A stretch of DNA of 64,000 nucleotides from Hypanus sabinus (GCF_030144855.1 NC_082727.1:14756001-14820000); one strand, 5' to 3'; shown: positions 50,460 to 62,385, numbered from the stretch's first letter. Made by a program: numbers and translations. The notes: generated by a model not told the origin, from the letters alone.

Positions 50460-50900
50460 TATTCTGGCACAGACTGTTACCTCTGCACACCCCTCCCCTC
50501 TTCTACTCCACTTCCTCTTCTCTACATCAACCTCCCCTCCATTTCCCATCTCCACACCTCACACGTCTCTCTTCCTCCACAACTCATTCTCCTCCCTTCT
50601 TCTACACCATCCTCCTCTCCCTTCACCTTGTCCTGTCCTCCACCACACCACCCTCTCCTCCCCTGTTTCCACTCCTCTATATCACCTACTTTTCCCCTCA
50701 CCTCATCTCCCCTCCTCCTCTCCCAACCCGTCAGTGCCTTAGCACTTACTACCTCCCCCTCCTCTACACTTCCCTCCACTTTTTATTCCTCCCCCATCTC
50801 CCTGACCCATCCCATATCCCTGCTTGCACGCCCTCATATCGCCAGTCAGCACCAGACTGAGTAACCACCCTCAATTCCCTCCCCTCCCTTTTGCTTCTTC
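50460..50900. repeat. Pyrimidine-rich low-complexity tract
   Basis: C/T-rich sequence. Confidence 0.75.
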
Positions 50901-50930
50901 TACACAATCTCTTCCAGTTCAAAACAGGCA

Positions 50931-51381
50931 GGGGTTAGATACAGAGTGAAGCTCCCTCTACACTGTCCCATCACACACTCCCAGGACAGGGACAGCACGG
51001 GTTAGATACAGAGTGAAGCTCCCTCTACACTGTCCCATCACACACTCCCAGGACAGGGACAGCACGGGTTAGATACAGAGTGAAGCTCCCTCTACACTGT
51101 CCCATCACACACTCCCAGGACAGGGACAGCACGGGTTAGATACAGAGTGAATTTCCTCTCTACACTGTCCCATCACACACCCCCAGGACTGGGACAGCAC
51201 GGGTTAGATACAGAGTGAAGCTCCCTCTACACTGTCCCATCACACACTCCCAGGACAGGGACAGCACGGGTTAGATACAGAGTGAAGCTCCCACTACACT
51301 GTCCCATCACACACTCCCAGGACAGGGACAGCACGGGTTAGACATAGAAGAAGATCTCTCTGTGCATTACACACTCCCAGG
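50931..51381 (-). repeat. 67-bp satellite array 4 (~6 full copies plus a degenerate edge)
   Basis: Reverse-complement units at 50932, 50999, 51066... Confidence 0.97.
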
Positions 51382-51689
51382 GTAATAAACGGTTGATGTT
51401 TGGGGCTGAGACCCTTCATCAGGACCTCTGCATCACATACACTGGAAGTAGACCCACACCATCACCGGCATGCTACCATCAGAGAAGGGGGTGCAGGAGC
51501 AAGGAAGCAGACAGGAGTCTCAGGCTGTCTGTCTTTGCTTTACCCCTCATTCGGGCTGCGGGTGGTGGCAGCTACAGAGATACAGGCCACCAGAAGGGGG
51601 CGATACCGGCTCGCCGATGACTGAATAAAGGGCTCCGGCTCACTCCGGCATCTGTAAAACCCGGAACAGAGCACAGTTTCGGATTTGGA

Positions 51690-52630
51690 TTTCAAAATCA
51701 GGTTTATTATTACTGACTGATGTGACGTGAAATTTGCTGTTTTATGGCAGCAATGCAATACAAAGTCATAAAAAATAAAACATTTCATTATTGATTAAAA
51801 AATAAGTGTTAGATTGCAAGTTCAAGGGTTCATGAACTATTCAGAGATCTGATTACAGAAGGGAAGAAGCTTTTTTTAAATTATCGAGCATGGGTTTTCA
51901 GGTTCCTCTACATTTTCCCTGATGAAAGGCTTGTGTCTTTAATAGTAGATGCCATCTTCATAAGACCTTCCCTCTTCAAGATACCATGATGGTGAGGAGG
52001 GTGGTGCCCATGACGGAGAAGGCTAGGTTTGCAAACATCTGCAGCCTCTTTGCAGACTCCATCCCAGGTCAGAAGAAAGATGAAGTGTTTGGTTATATAC
52101 CCAACCTCCTCAAACTCCTAAAGTATAACTGCTGACACACCACCTTTGTGATTGCATCAATGTATTGGGCCCTGTCAGATCCTCTGAGATGTTGGCACCT
52201 GGGAATTTGAACCTGTTCTCTCTTTCCACCACTGAGGCTGCAATGAAGATGGGTGTGCATTCTCTTGAGTTCTATTACTTAAATCCAGATGAATTCTTTG
52301 CCTTTACTGATGTTGTTGTTACTGTTTTTGGGACATCACACAACCAGCCAATCTACTTCACCTCTGTGTGCCATCTTGTCACCACCTGATGATACCCAAA
52401 ATGGTGATATCATCAACAAAAATATGGATGGTGTTTGAGCAATGGGCTAAGCACACATCCTTGAGGTACGTCAGTGTTGACTCTCAGTGAGGAGGAGATA
52501 CTACTTCCAGTCTGCACTGATTGAGGTCTCCCTAATGAGGAAGTCCAAGATCCAGTTTCAAAGGGAGGTACAAAGGGCCAGGTTTTGAAGCCTTTTGATT
52601 TGTACTGGGGTTATGATGGTGTTGAACACT
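51690..52630 (-). mobile_element. Old Rex1-like LINE RT/3' fragment
   Basis: atggtgttgaac (FNTI) and catcaacaaa (FVDD) on the minus strand; 3' tail matches other Rex-like copies. Confidence 0.6.
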
Positions 52631-52764
52631 TACAAATCACAATGGAAATAAATCACAGCTTACAGGGTTGTAGTCTGCAGAGGCCACTAGATGTCCCCTG
52701 TGCACCATGTACTGACTTTGCCCTGCTGTTGGAATCTGTCTTTTAAATTAACAATTTCTCCAAC

Positions 52765-53480
52765 GGTTTCCCCATCTCCCCCAACCCATCTTCCCCCTAC
52801 CCCTCTCCTCCCATCTCCTCTCTCTCTTTCCCCTCCCACTCCCCTCTCACCCCCTTTCCCCTCCCACTCCCCTCTCACCCCCTCTCCCCTCCCTCTCCCC
52901 TCTCACCCCCTCTCCCCTCCCAACTCACACCCTTCCCTCTCACATCCCTTCCCCTTCCCTCTACCCTCTTTCACCTCTACCCACCCTCTACCATCCTCTC
53001 ACCTCTCCCACTCTCCCCTCCCACTCTCCCTCCCTCCCCCACTCATCCCCACCCTCTGACCCCTGCCACCCTCTCCCTTCTTTCTCTCTCCCCTCCCCCT
53101 CACCTCTACCACCACTCCCCTCCTTCCCCACCCCTCTCCTCACCCCCTCTCCTCCCCCCTCTCCCCTCTCCTCACCCCCTCTCCTCTCCCCCTCTCCCCC
53201 TCTCCTCTCCCCCTCTCCCCCTCTCCCCCTCTCCCCCTCTCCCCCTCTCCCTCTCCCCCTCTCCCTCTCCCCCCTCTCTCTCCCCTACCCTCAACTAACT
53301 TTCTCTCTCCAACCTACCTTTGTCTCTCCATCTCTGTTCTCTCTCACTCTTTCTATCCTACCTTCCTGTGTCCTACCTCCTCTTCCCTCTCTTACTCTCT
53401 ATGTCCCACCCCTCTCTCTTTCTCGCTCTGACCTACCTAGCACTTCCATCTCAGCCTCACTCACTTCTTTCCCTGCGGCC
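52765..53480. repeat. Long polypyrimidine (CT/CCCT) tract
   Basis: ~700 bp almost free of G, with (CTCCCC)n-like runs. Confidence 0.9.
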
Positions 53481-54289
53481 TGAAAACAACAAGCAATTTT
53501 AATTCTGACGCAGATAACGAGAATGATAAAAATCCTACCCTGTAGTCAAGAATAACTTTGACAAACTTCTATAGATGCAAGTTGGGAGTATCCTGACTGG
53601 TTGCATCACCCGTTAGAAAACACCATGCCCAGTAATAGGAAACGTTGTACAGAATATCATGTCCATCACTGGCAAAGCCCTCCCCAACATTGAGCACACA
53701 ACATCCACCATCAAAAAATTCCCCACCACCACCCATCCAGGCCATGATCTCTTCCCACTACTACTATTGAGAAGGAGGTACAGGACCCTCAGATCTCACC
53801 CAGTCAGGTTCAGAAAGGGTTATTCAGTTATTAGCCTTCTACCATCAACTGTGGGTATCTTCAATCACTAAAACTCTGAACTGATTCTACAACCCATAGA
53901 TTCATGATCCTGAACTCTTCACAACTAATTTTTTTATTTGCACAGTTTGTTTTCTTTTATAAATATCTGCTTCTCAGATTTTATCTGTAAATGTGCAGAT
54001 TTTCATAAACTTTATCGTATTTCTTCTTGTTTTCTGTAAGTGCCTGCAAGAAAATGAATCTCAAGATGGTATATGGTGACATTTTTGCAGTTTGATAATA
54101 AATGTACCTTACACTTTTTGAAGATTGATAGGATGTATAGAGTCTGCTGCAAAGCAGTGTATATTACAGATCTGGTATCCAGCATTCAGCTCTATAGGTC
54201 AGAGAGTATATACTAGCAGCTATTGTCACACCAGCTGGTATCAGGCAAATGGCTTCCTATCCTTCAATATGATTTTTTGCTTCTTTTTA

Positions 54290-54885
54290 GAATATAGAAC
54301 ATACATCAGTACAGGCCCACTATGTTGTATCAACTTCTTAGCCCACTCTGTGATCATCCAACCCTTCCCTCCCACAGATCCCTCCATTTTTCTATCATTC
54401 ATTTGCCAATCAAAGATCATCACACTTTTCTGGATTGAGCTCCATCTGCCACCTCTCAGCCCAGCTCTGCATCTTACAAATGTCCTAGTGTAACCTATGA
54501 CAACCATCTCCACTATCCACAACTCCACCAACCTTCATGTCATCTGCAAACTAACTAACCCAAGCTTCATGTCATCTGCAAACTAACTCCACCAACCTTC
54601 GTGTCATCTGCAAACTAACTAACCCAACCTTCATGTCACCTGCAAACTAACTAACCCAGCCTTTGTGTCACCTGCAAACTAACTAAACCAACCTTCGTGT
54701 CACCTGCAAACTAACTAAACCAACCTTCGTGTCACCTGCAAACTAACTAACCCAACCTTTGTGTCATCTGCAAACTAACTCCACCAACCTTCCATTTCCG
54801 CATCCAAGACATTTATAAATATCACCAAAAGCAGGGATTCCAGTTCAGATCCCTGAGGAACACCACTGGTCACCAACCTCCAGGT
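54290..54885 (-). mobile_element. CR1 RT fragment with an internally amplified minisatellite
   Basis: The minus strand encodes GVPQGSELES-like and SxFADDxKVGG motifs and joins a CR1 3' end. Confidence 0.8.
54528..54795. repeat. 29-32-bp minisatellite (~8 copies) derived from the RT FADD motif
   Basis: Unit ccaaccttcgtgtca(t/c)ctgcaaactaactaac; the reverse complement is tttgcagatgacacgaaggttgg = FADDTKV. Confidence 0.9.
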
Positions 54886-55159
54886 TGCCCATAAATCATT
54901 GAGTGCATTGGGACAGGAGATTCGGTGTCGATGGCAAACAGCCACCAACAAGCACCTGACGTGTTTCCTGACAAACTCTCTCTCGTGTCAATGACTTGTG
55001 TTTTAATGAACGGTCTGCTGCCTGTCCCTCTGAGGTAGAGCGAGAGGCAGGGAAGAGTTCGGGGCCAGGGAGTGATTGGTTACAGCCCCCTGAAGCTGTC
55101 ACTCTGTCAAGTAGATGATGTTTCTTGGAAAATGTACCTGTTCTCAACTTGTTCCTTCA

Positions 55160-55735
55160 ATTCTGTTGGATCAGCCTTGTGGACATTTTAACATTGATCG
55201 ACATCGATACTTAAATACCTTCCAGGCAATGCATACCGCAAAATCTATGGGACTATGGACCAGCAGGAGGCTTTACAGCCCATCTAACCTGATCCTACAT
55301 TCAATGGCTGATTCCTTCGAGTTCTGAAATTCTTGCTTCTTGTTCTTCAAATTCACGTCTAAATGACTTGATACTTTCTTCGACCGTCTTTAAAATTCCT
55401 TCAAGCGAGGAGAATTTGTGGGTAAGTTTTTTCTCTAGTCTATCATCTAGAAGCTTTGAAGTTGCACCCAAAGTTAATGAGGGCTGCTTAAATGGTGGTT
55501 TTTCGCCATCTTTTTTTGTCCCGTCACTGTTAGAATGTTTCCCATCTTTAGCTTCTCGTAATCTAGAAGCCATTTCCAGCAAGCTAAAATCAAAGCTCCA
55601 AAAAATACCTGCAATATCAACCCCTTTAGTGTAGGTATAAATAAAGCAGTTAGGGGTGATTACAGGTAAAAGAAGTAAAAGGACTGGAGCGAAGCCAAAG
55701 TCTGCCTCATGCCATGAGCATCGTCTTGAGAGTTC
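55160..55735 (-). mobile_element. L1-clade 5' UTR/ORF1 N-terminal fragment
   Basis: ATG at 55573 opens a 90-aa frame (MASRLREAKDGK...LEGILKTVEESIKSFRREFEEQEARISELEG): a basic N-terminus followed by a coiled-coil heptad pattern typical of L1 ORF1p. Confidence 0.55.
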
Positions 55736-55822
55736 TTCCATACTCCATGTCTTTTCCTTCATATCCTTAGATGTATTTGATTATAAATCCTAGCGTAAAA
55801 TTAATAATTATTTTAGGAAATG

Positions 55823-56134
55823 TGGTGGCATCCATTGGTCTCGAGAGACCATGGATCTGCGCCTGGAATTTCCAGGGCGCAGGCCAGGGCAGGGTTGTAT
55901 GGGAGACCGGCAGTTGCCCAAGCTGCAGGCCTTCCCCTCACCATGCCACCGATGTTGTCCAAGGGAAGGGCACTAGGACCCATGCAGCTTGGCACCAGTG
56001 TTGTCACAGAGCAATGTGTTGTTAAGTGCCTTACTCAAGGACACAACACGCTGCCTCAGCTGAGGCTCGAACCAGTGACCTTCAGGTTACTAGTCTGATG
56101 CCTCGCCCACTAGGCCACGCGCCAACACATTTCA
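55823..56134 (-). mobile_element. tRNA-derived SINE with a CORE-like body and a putative Vingi-like tail
   Basis: Head gtggcctagtgg...ggttcgagcc; body gtgtccttgagtaaggcacttaac; tail ccatggtctctcgagaccaatggatgccac. 11-bp TSD tttaggaaatg (55812-55822 / 56135-56145). Confidence 0.75.
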
Positions 56135-56664
56135 TTTAGGAAATGAATGACTTATTTTAAGCATTTGATGCTCATTGCGTCATAATTGATTACAATGATC
56201 ACGTAATCACCTCTTCTTTTGCTAACTCACCTTTCTCCTAGAAGCATGTTATAGTTGTTGAATAGCCATATGATTTGTGTATTTACCATATCATGAGAAA
56301 TACAGACTGAAAAAGTCGTGCTATTTTCAGGCTTGGCCCTCGCATTATTCCCGTTCACTACCACAGTTCAGTGTTGGCTGGTGTGATTCTCATACTCTAA
56401 TCACAGAGTCACACAATTCCTGTGCAGTAGACAGGTGGTATCTGCGGAGAGAGCAAACTGCTCCTATAAAACACAGATCTCCCTGCAGCAGAGCTGATCA
56501 CATCTGATGCAGACAGATAATATGTAAGAATAGAAACAGGCCACTCAGCCCCTGTACTAGCTCTCAGTAACATCGTTATTGATCCAGCATTCCCCATCCA
56601 TGTCCCAGTTACCCGAAGTTATTGAATGTGGAACACAGAACACAGTACGGTACAACACAGGAAC

Positions 56665-57165
56665 ATTGATGGGTCTTCAGGTGCTTGTAGAGGCCAATCC
56701 AGGATCCACATGTTCTGACAGACTTCCAGATCTCACAATCCTGCCCCCTTTGCTACATGATGATCATTGTGGGACTTGATCCCCAATGTTATGGTGCATT
56801 GCCTTAATGGAGAATGCCCATGCATGACTTTGTTTAACGTGGGGAGGCCAATGCACAGGCAGACACCACACAATCCTTGATAGATCAAGGTCAAGTGGCA
56901 TTGGATGCAAGATGGCTGGGAATCCTTTGCTGCTGCAATCTTCCTCCACCTTCACCGCCACTGCGATGCACCATCATCTTCAGCCAGCTCCACCACTGAA
57001 GTCTTAGTTGGATCACTCTTTGACTGAAACTGCTCGCTTGACCTTACCGCCATGAGTGACCCAACCAGAGCTAAGCACCAAATGGCTAAACTCCTTCAGG
57101 TATCTCTCTTGGGGGTCTCAGGCACTCACATGCCCTTCCACCACAACGAGGAGCTATTCCTCGGA
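56665..57165 (-). mobile_element. Short bipartite RTE-derived non-autonomous element
   Basis: RTE-type 5' UTR plus a 3' end encoding RTCGSWIGLYKHLKT, resembling the RTE C-terminal CGSRIGLxSH motif. Homologous to 10810-11305. Confidence 0.65.
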
Positions 57166-57617
57166 GAACCCTGGATCAGAGAGACAAACGACCAGGATTA
57201 TTTCTCTCTCCTTTATGCTAGGCATTGTCGCACCTCTCTTGCCAGACCACTGCTGTCAACCAACACCCTTTCCTGGCCTTCCACAGTTATACTTTAATGC
57301 CTGCCCTGATTCAGATTCTCTGCTTCAGGTGAGACAGTAGGAAAAAAAAACAGGACTCCGGCATCTTAAGAATTCAAGACACACCACACTGCGGTCAGAA
57401 CGTGTCTCTCAGCAAAGGAACAAAGGAATGTTGCTGAGATGTAGAGACTAACCAAGCATTTGGCAATCCTCAGCAATGTGATGACTCAGTTATCTGACTT
57501 AGGTTAATGGGAAAGTGAAATGTAGGCACCATGTTCTTTATTTTTTGTTTTATTATGAGCCTGCCACCCAGTCTGGATCAAACAAAGGAAATAGTTTATT
57601 GCTACTGGAGAGGAAGT

Positions 57618-58134
57618 GCACTCTGAGTCCACTAATAAAGTGGTCACTGAGTGTACGTTTGTGGTCTGCTGCTGCTGTAGCCCGTCCACCTAAAGGTTCG
57701 ATGTGCTGTGTGTTCAGAGATACTCATCTGCACACCACAGTTGTAATGTGCGGGTTACTTGAGTTACTGTGGGGTTCCTGTCTGACCATTCTCCTCTGAC
57801 CTCTCTCAATAACAAGATTAACATAACTGGATGGTTTGTTTTGGGTTTTTTTGGCACCATTCTCTGTGAACTCCAGAGGCTGTTGTGTTGTGAGAATCCC
57901 AGGGGATCTGCGGTGTCTGAAGTATTCAAATCACTCCATGCGGCACAAATGATCATTCCATGGTTGGATCACATTTCTCGCCCATCCTGCTGTTTGGTCC
58001 GAATAGCAACCGCACCCCTTCAGCATGCCTGTACGCTTCTATGCACTGAGCTGCTGTCACCTATTTGGCTGATTAGGTATTTGCATTAACGGGCTGGTCA
58101 ACGGGTTTACCTAGTAAAGTGACCACTGAGTGTA
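57618..58134. mobile_element. Tc1-derived non-autonomous element
   Basis: Repeated terminus taaagtg(g/a)(t/c)cactgagtgta; body homologous to 58682-59228. Confidence 0.65.
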
Positions 58135-58681
58135 CTTGATTCATCGTGTCATAAGAGAATGGATGGTGGCCCTTCAGCCCACCCAGTCCCTGTTGACCAT
58201 CCAGCACCCATTTACACAAATCCAATTTTACTTCAAATCCTGTGTGCAATGCACAGGATCAGAAAAATCTGCAGAGAGTTGTAAGCTCAGCCAGCCCATC
58301 ATGGGCACTCTCCTCCCCACCCTCAAGGCCATTTTCAAATGTCTGAAGAAAGGGGATTCCATCGTTAAGGAACATGCCTTTCTTCTCATTACTACCATCA
58401 CTGAGGAGGTACAAGAACCCGAAGACACACATTGATATTTTAGGAACAGCTTCTTGCCCCCCGCCATCAGATTTACTAACAGACCATGAACCCAAAAAGC
58501 AATACTTCCTCTTTACTATTATTTCGCACTCTCACTTGACCTTACCGCCATGGGTGACCCAACCAGAGCTAAGCACCAAACTTTTGTTTACTCACTTTTG
58601 TATATTCCCTATGGTAACTTATTATAACCTTTTATGTACTGGACTGTACTGCTGCCACAAAACAACAAGTGTCTTGACATG

Positions 58682-59228
58682 CATTCAGAGACCACTCTGT
58701 TGGGTACCTCCTGTACTTAATAAGGTGGCCACTGAGTTTATGTTCATGGTCTTCTGCTGCTGTAGCCCATCCACTTCAAGGTCCAACGTGTTGCATGTTC
58801 AGGGATATACTTCTACATGCCACTGCTGTAAAGCATGGCTATTTAAGTTACTGTGGCCTTCCTGCCTGCTTGAACCAGTTTGGCCATTCCCCACTGACCT
58901 CTCTCATCAACAAGATATCTTTGACCACAGAGCTGTCACTCACTGGATCCTTTTTTGTTTTTCACACCATTTCTGTAAATCCTAAAGACCGCTGTGTGTG
59001 AAAACCCCAGGAGATCAGCAACTTTCTGAGATATTCAAACCTCCCCTCTGGCACCAACAATCATTCCACAGTCAAAGCCACTTAGATCTGATGTTCGGTC
59101 AGAATGACAACTGAACCTCTTCACCATGTTTGTATGCTTTAATGCATTGAGTTGCTGCTACACGATTGGCTGATTAGATATTTGCATTAGCAAACGGGTG
59201 TACCTCATAAAGTGGTCACTGATTGTGT
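58682..59228. mobile_element. Tc1-derived non-autonomous element (second copy)
   Basis: Short inverted terminus at 58682-58740, end aaagtggtcactgattgtgta; body homologous to 57618-58134. Confidence 0.65.
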
Positions 59229-59239
59229 AAGACATTGGC

Positions 59240-59745
59240 AGATTGTTTCCAGTCCTGGTCATCTACCTACAGAAAAAAATATCAAAAAGATGGAAAGTAT
59301 ATGGAGAAATTTTACAAGGATGTTGCTCGGACTTGAGTACCTGTGTTATAGTGAAAGGTTTAAAAAGTTAGGACTTTGTTCCCTAGAGTGTATAAGAGTA
59401 AGGGGAGATTTGATAGAAGTATGCAAAATGATGGTGGGATAGATAGGGTAAATGTATGCAGGCTTTTTGCACTGAGGTTGAGTGAGACTAGAGCTCAAGG
59501 TCATTAGTTAAGGGTGAAAGGTGAAACATTCCAGAGGATCCAGAGGGAATTATCTTCACTCAGAGGGTGGTGCGAGTGTGGAATGAGCTTCCAGCAGAAG
59601 TGGTGGATGGGGGTTTGTTTCCAACAAAGTTTGGATAAAAACATGGATGGTGGGGATATAGTCCAGGTGCAGGTCGATGAGGCAAGGCAGAATAATAGTT
59701 CAGCATGGTCTAGGCAGGCCATGGAACTTGTTTCCATGTTCTATA
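59240..59745 (+). mobile_element. CR1 3' fragment
   Basis: RNFTRMLLGLEYLCYSERFKKLGLCSLE..RGDLIEV. Confidence 0.8.
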
Positions 59746-60859
59746 ATTCAAATTCATGCTTCATATCGATGGAATGTCATCAGAACTGGTAAACTGTGAA
59801 CATCATGTAGGTTATGGGGAGTAGAGGTTGGATAGAAGAAAGAAAATGTCTGTGATAGGCTAGGCTAAATAGTCCAAATGACAGAAATACATGTGTATCA
59901 CTCCCTCCTGGTGGTCAAACTAGTATTTCCAGATAACGCAGTGATTTCATTGCCCTTATTCATTTTGCTGTATTGATGAACCTCACCAATTTAGAGAAGT
60001 CAAACAAATTGGCTGATTACTTTACACTGCACCTTCATTCCATCTGTGAGGATGTCCCTGAGCTCCGGACAGCTGTCAGTTTTATTTTTCATCTCTCTCC
60101 CACTCTGGCCCTTCTGACCTTACATGGTTTCAATGAAGACCAATCCAAACTTTTAGGAACAGCAACTTACTCCTGTCTGGGCACAATGTAGCCAGTGGCA
60201 CTTGCTACTTAAGGGAAAATTTTCAGACAAGCTGGCCTTTGTGAGAACTAGCCAGCTCTGAAATCAGCTCATCCATCTGTAATATTAATTTGATGTTAAT
60301 CTCTCTACCAATGCTGCCTGATCAGCTGAGTATTTGTTGTATTCTTTTTTGTTTCCAATTTCCAGCAGGTTTTGCATCTCACTATTTCAGCATATTTATC
60401 TATGTTCTCTTTTGCTCTAAATATCCTGATTCATCTGCTTTCTATACACTTCACTCAACAGTTCAAGAGTGATTAACTCAACAGCATCTAAATAAATTGT
60501 CTCATCTTGGGAAAGCAGGCTTCCTCTTCATCATGAAAATTACTTATCTCTTCCCCATCTTTGCAAATTAACATACACTTGTTATCTCGTATTTTCAGTT
60601 CTGATGAAGGCAAAGAGCATCACCTCTCTCCACAAAGATATTGAATTAATCAAGAAACTGGATGTGATTAAGCAGAAAATGTGCTTGTCAGCAAAATCCA
60701 GCTTGTCCTTTAAAATTCATTAGGGAGGGAACCACACATACTTGGTCTGGAGTTTTGTTTTGTAAGTCTAATCCTACTTCTACGTGGTTGACTCTAAAAT
60801 ATTGTAATCACTGTAGTACAGCCCCACAAACAGCAGTAAATAATGTGAAGAGGATATTA

Positions 60860-61135
60860 CCAATTGTGGGGGAGTCTGGGACCAGAAGGATGACCCTTTA
60901 GAACAGAGATAAAGAGGAATTTCTTCAGCCAGAGGGTGGTGAATCTATGAAGGTCATTGCCACAAATGGGTGTGAAGGCCAAATTGTTTTGTATATTTAA
61001 AGCAGAGCTTGATAGTTTCTTGATTAATAAAGGCATCAAAGGTTACTGGGAGAAAGCAGGGAATGGAGTTGAGAATGATCATCAATCAGCCATGATGGAA
61101 TGGCCTACTTATCCTTCTATGTCCTATGGTCTGAC
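60860..61135 (+). mobile_element. CR1 3' fragment
   Basis: ttcttcagccagagggtggtgaatct and CR1 3' UTR. Confidence 0.75.
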
Positions 61136-61414
61136 GGTCTAAGCGACTAGATATTCTGTTTTAATTATGCTGAGAGGATGATTCACAGGACCATATTAGT
61201 ATCTACAGGTCATTGTAGTCTGAGGGTGTTATAATGAACAATTCCCCTTTGTCTTGCCTCCAAACTCATCCACTCACTGCATTTTTACTGGAGAAATTAA
61301 TCTGCTTTTAGTGCAGGAGCCACCTGTCATTTCTGTTGCAGGTCCTGTTTCTTCTGTCTTTAAATTGATTCAATGTTTAATGAACATTGTTTGATGAACA
61401 ATAGGCCTTAGGCA

Positions 61415-61609
61415 TGACTCCCAGACATATGTTTCACCCCATCTTTTACAATTCATTGATTAATACAATGTTGTCAATTGATATTATGTTTCCAAATTTT
61501 GCTATTGGGAGTGTGACTCCCAGATATGTTTCACCCCATCTTTTACAATTCATTGACTAATGCAGTGTTGTCAATCGACATTATGTTTCCAAATGTTGCT
61601 ATTGGGAGT
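61415..61609. repeat. ~99-bp tandem duplication
   Basis: tgactcccaga..tatgtttcaccccatcttttacaattcattga...gctattgggag occurs at 61415 and 61514. Confidence 0.9.
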
Positions 61610-62069
61610 TTCTCCATTCATCTGATATTCGCATGAGATTCAGTTTAATGTCTCACAAGACAGGGCTTGCAATGGCATGATATATCCACAGAACTTGGGA
61701 ACAACAATTTAATTTTATTCTCAAACTCACTGACTCAGAGCTGTGTTATGTGCTACCCCAATTCTGCCATGTTGAGGCTTTCAACAAAGTGGCTGACCAT
61801 TAGTCAAGCTCCTTTCGAGGCAGCCTTAATGGTCAATGACCTTATCTAGTAAACTATTGTTGCCACCTGCCACTGTAACTATTTCTTCTCATTTCTGAAA
61901 ATGTCGAAAAGGTGTGGAGACAATGGACCAAAAGTACTCTTCCGGTGCACACTTTTACATAATTCAATAATGGCATAATTCTATACCTACTCCCTAAAGG
62001 TGGAATAGCACTGGAATGTGGTGGGATAGTGCTGAATAATCCACATGGATGGTAGGTTCCTGTTGGTGA

Positions 62070-62385
62070 GCGGTTAATCTGGTGCTGAATGAACAGCTCC
62101 CTAACTGAGTGGTAAAAGAGGATGCGCAGTTAATCTGGTGCCGAATGAACAGCTCCCTAACTGAGTGGTAAGAGAGGATGCGCGGTTAATCTGGTGCTGA
62201 ATGAACAGCTCCCTAACTGAGTGGTAAGAGAGGATGCGCGGTTAATCTGGTGCTGAATGAACAGCTCCCTAACTGAGTGGTAAGAGAGGATGCGCGGTTA
62301 ATCTGGTGCTGAATGAACAGCTCCCTAACTGAGTGGTAAGAGAGGATGCGCGGTTAATCTGGTGCTGAATGAACAGCTCCCTAGC
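62070..62385. repeat. 56-bp minisatellite (~5.6 copies)
   Basis: Unit gcggttaatctggtgctgaatgaacagctccctaactgagtggtaagagaggatgc at 62070, 62126, 62182, 62238, 62294, 62350. Confidence 0.95.

Noticed and set aside
43305-51425. Other pLTR hammerhead-like cores (43305-43340, 51390-51425; also 295-325)
   Set aside because: The catalytic CUGANGA or GAAA boxes are mutated or truncated, so they are not called as ribozymes.
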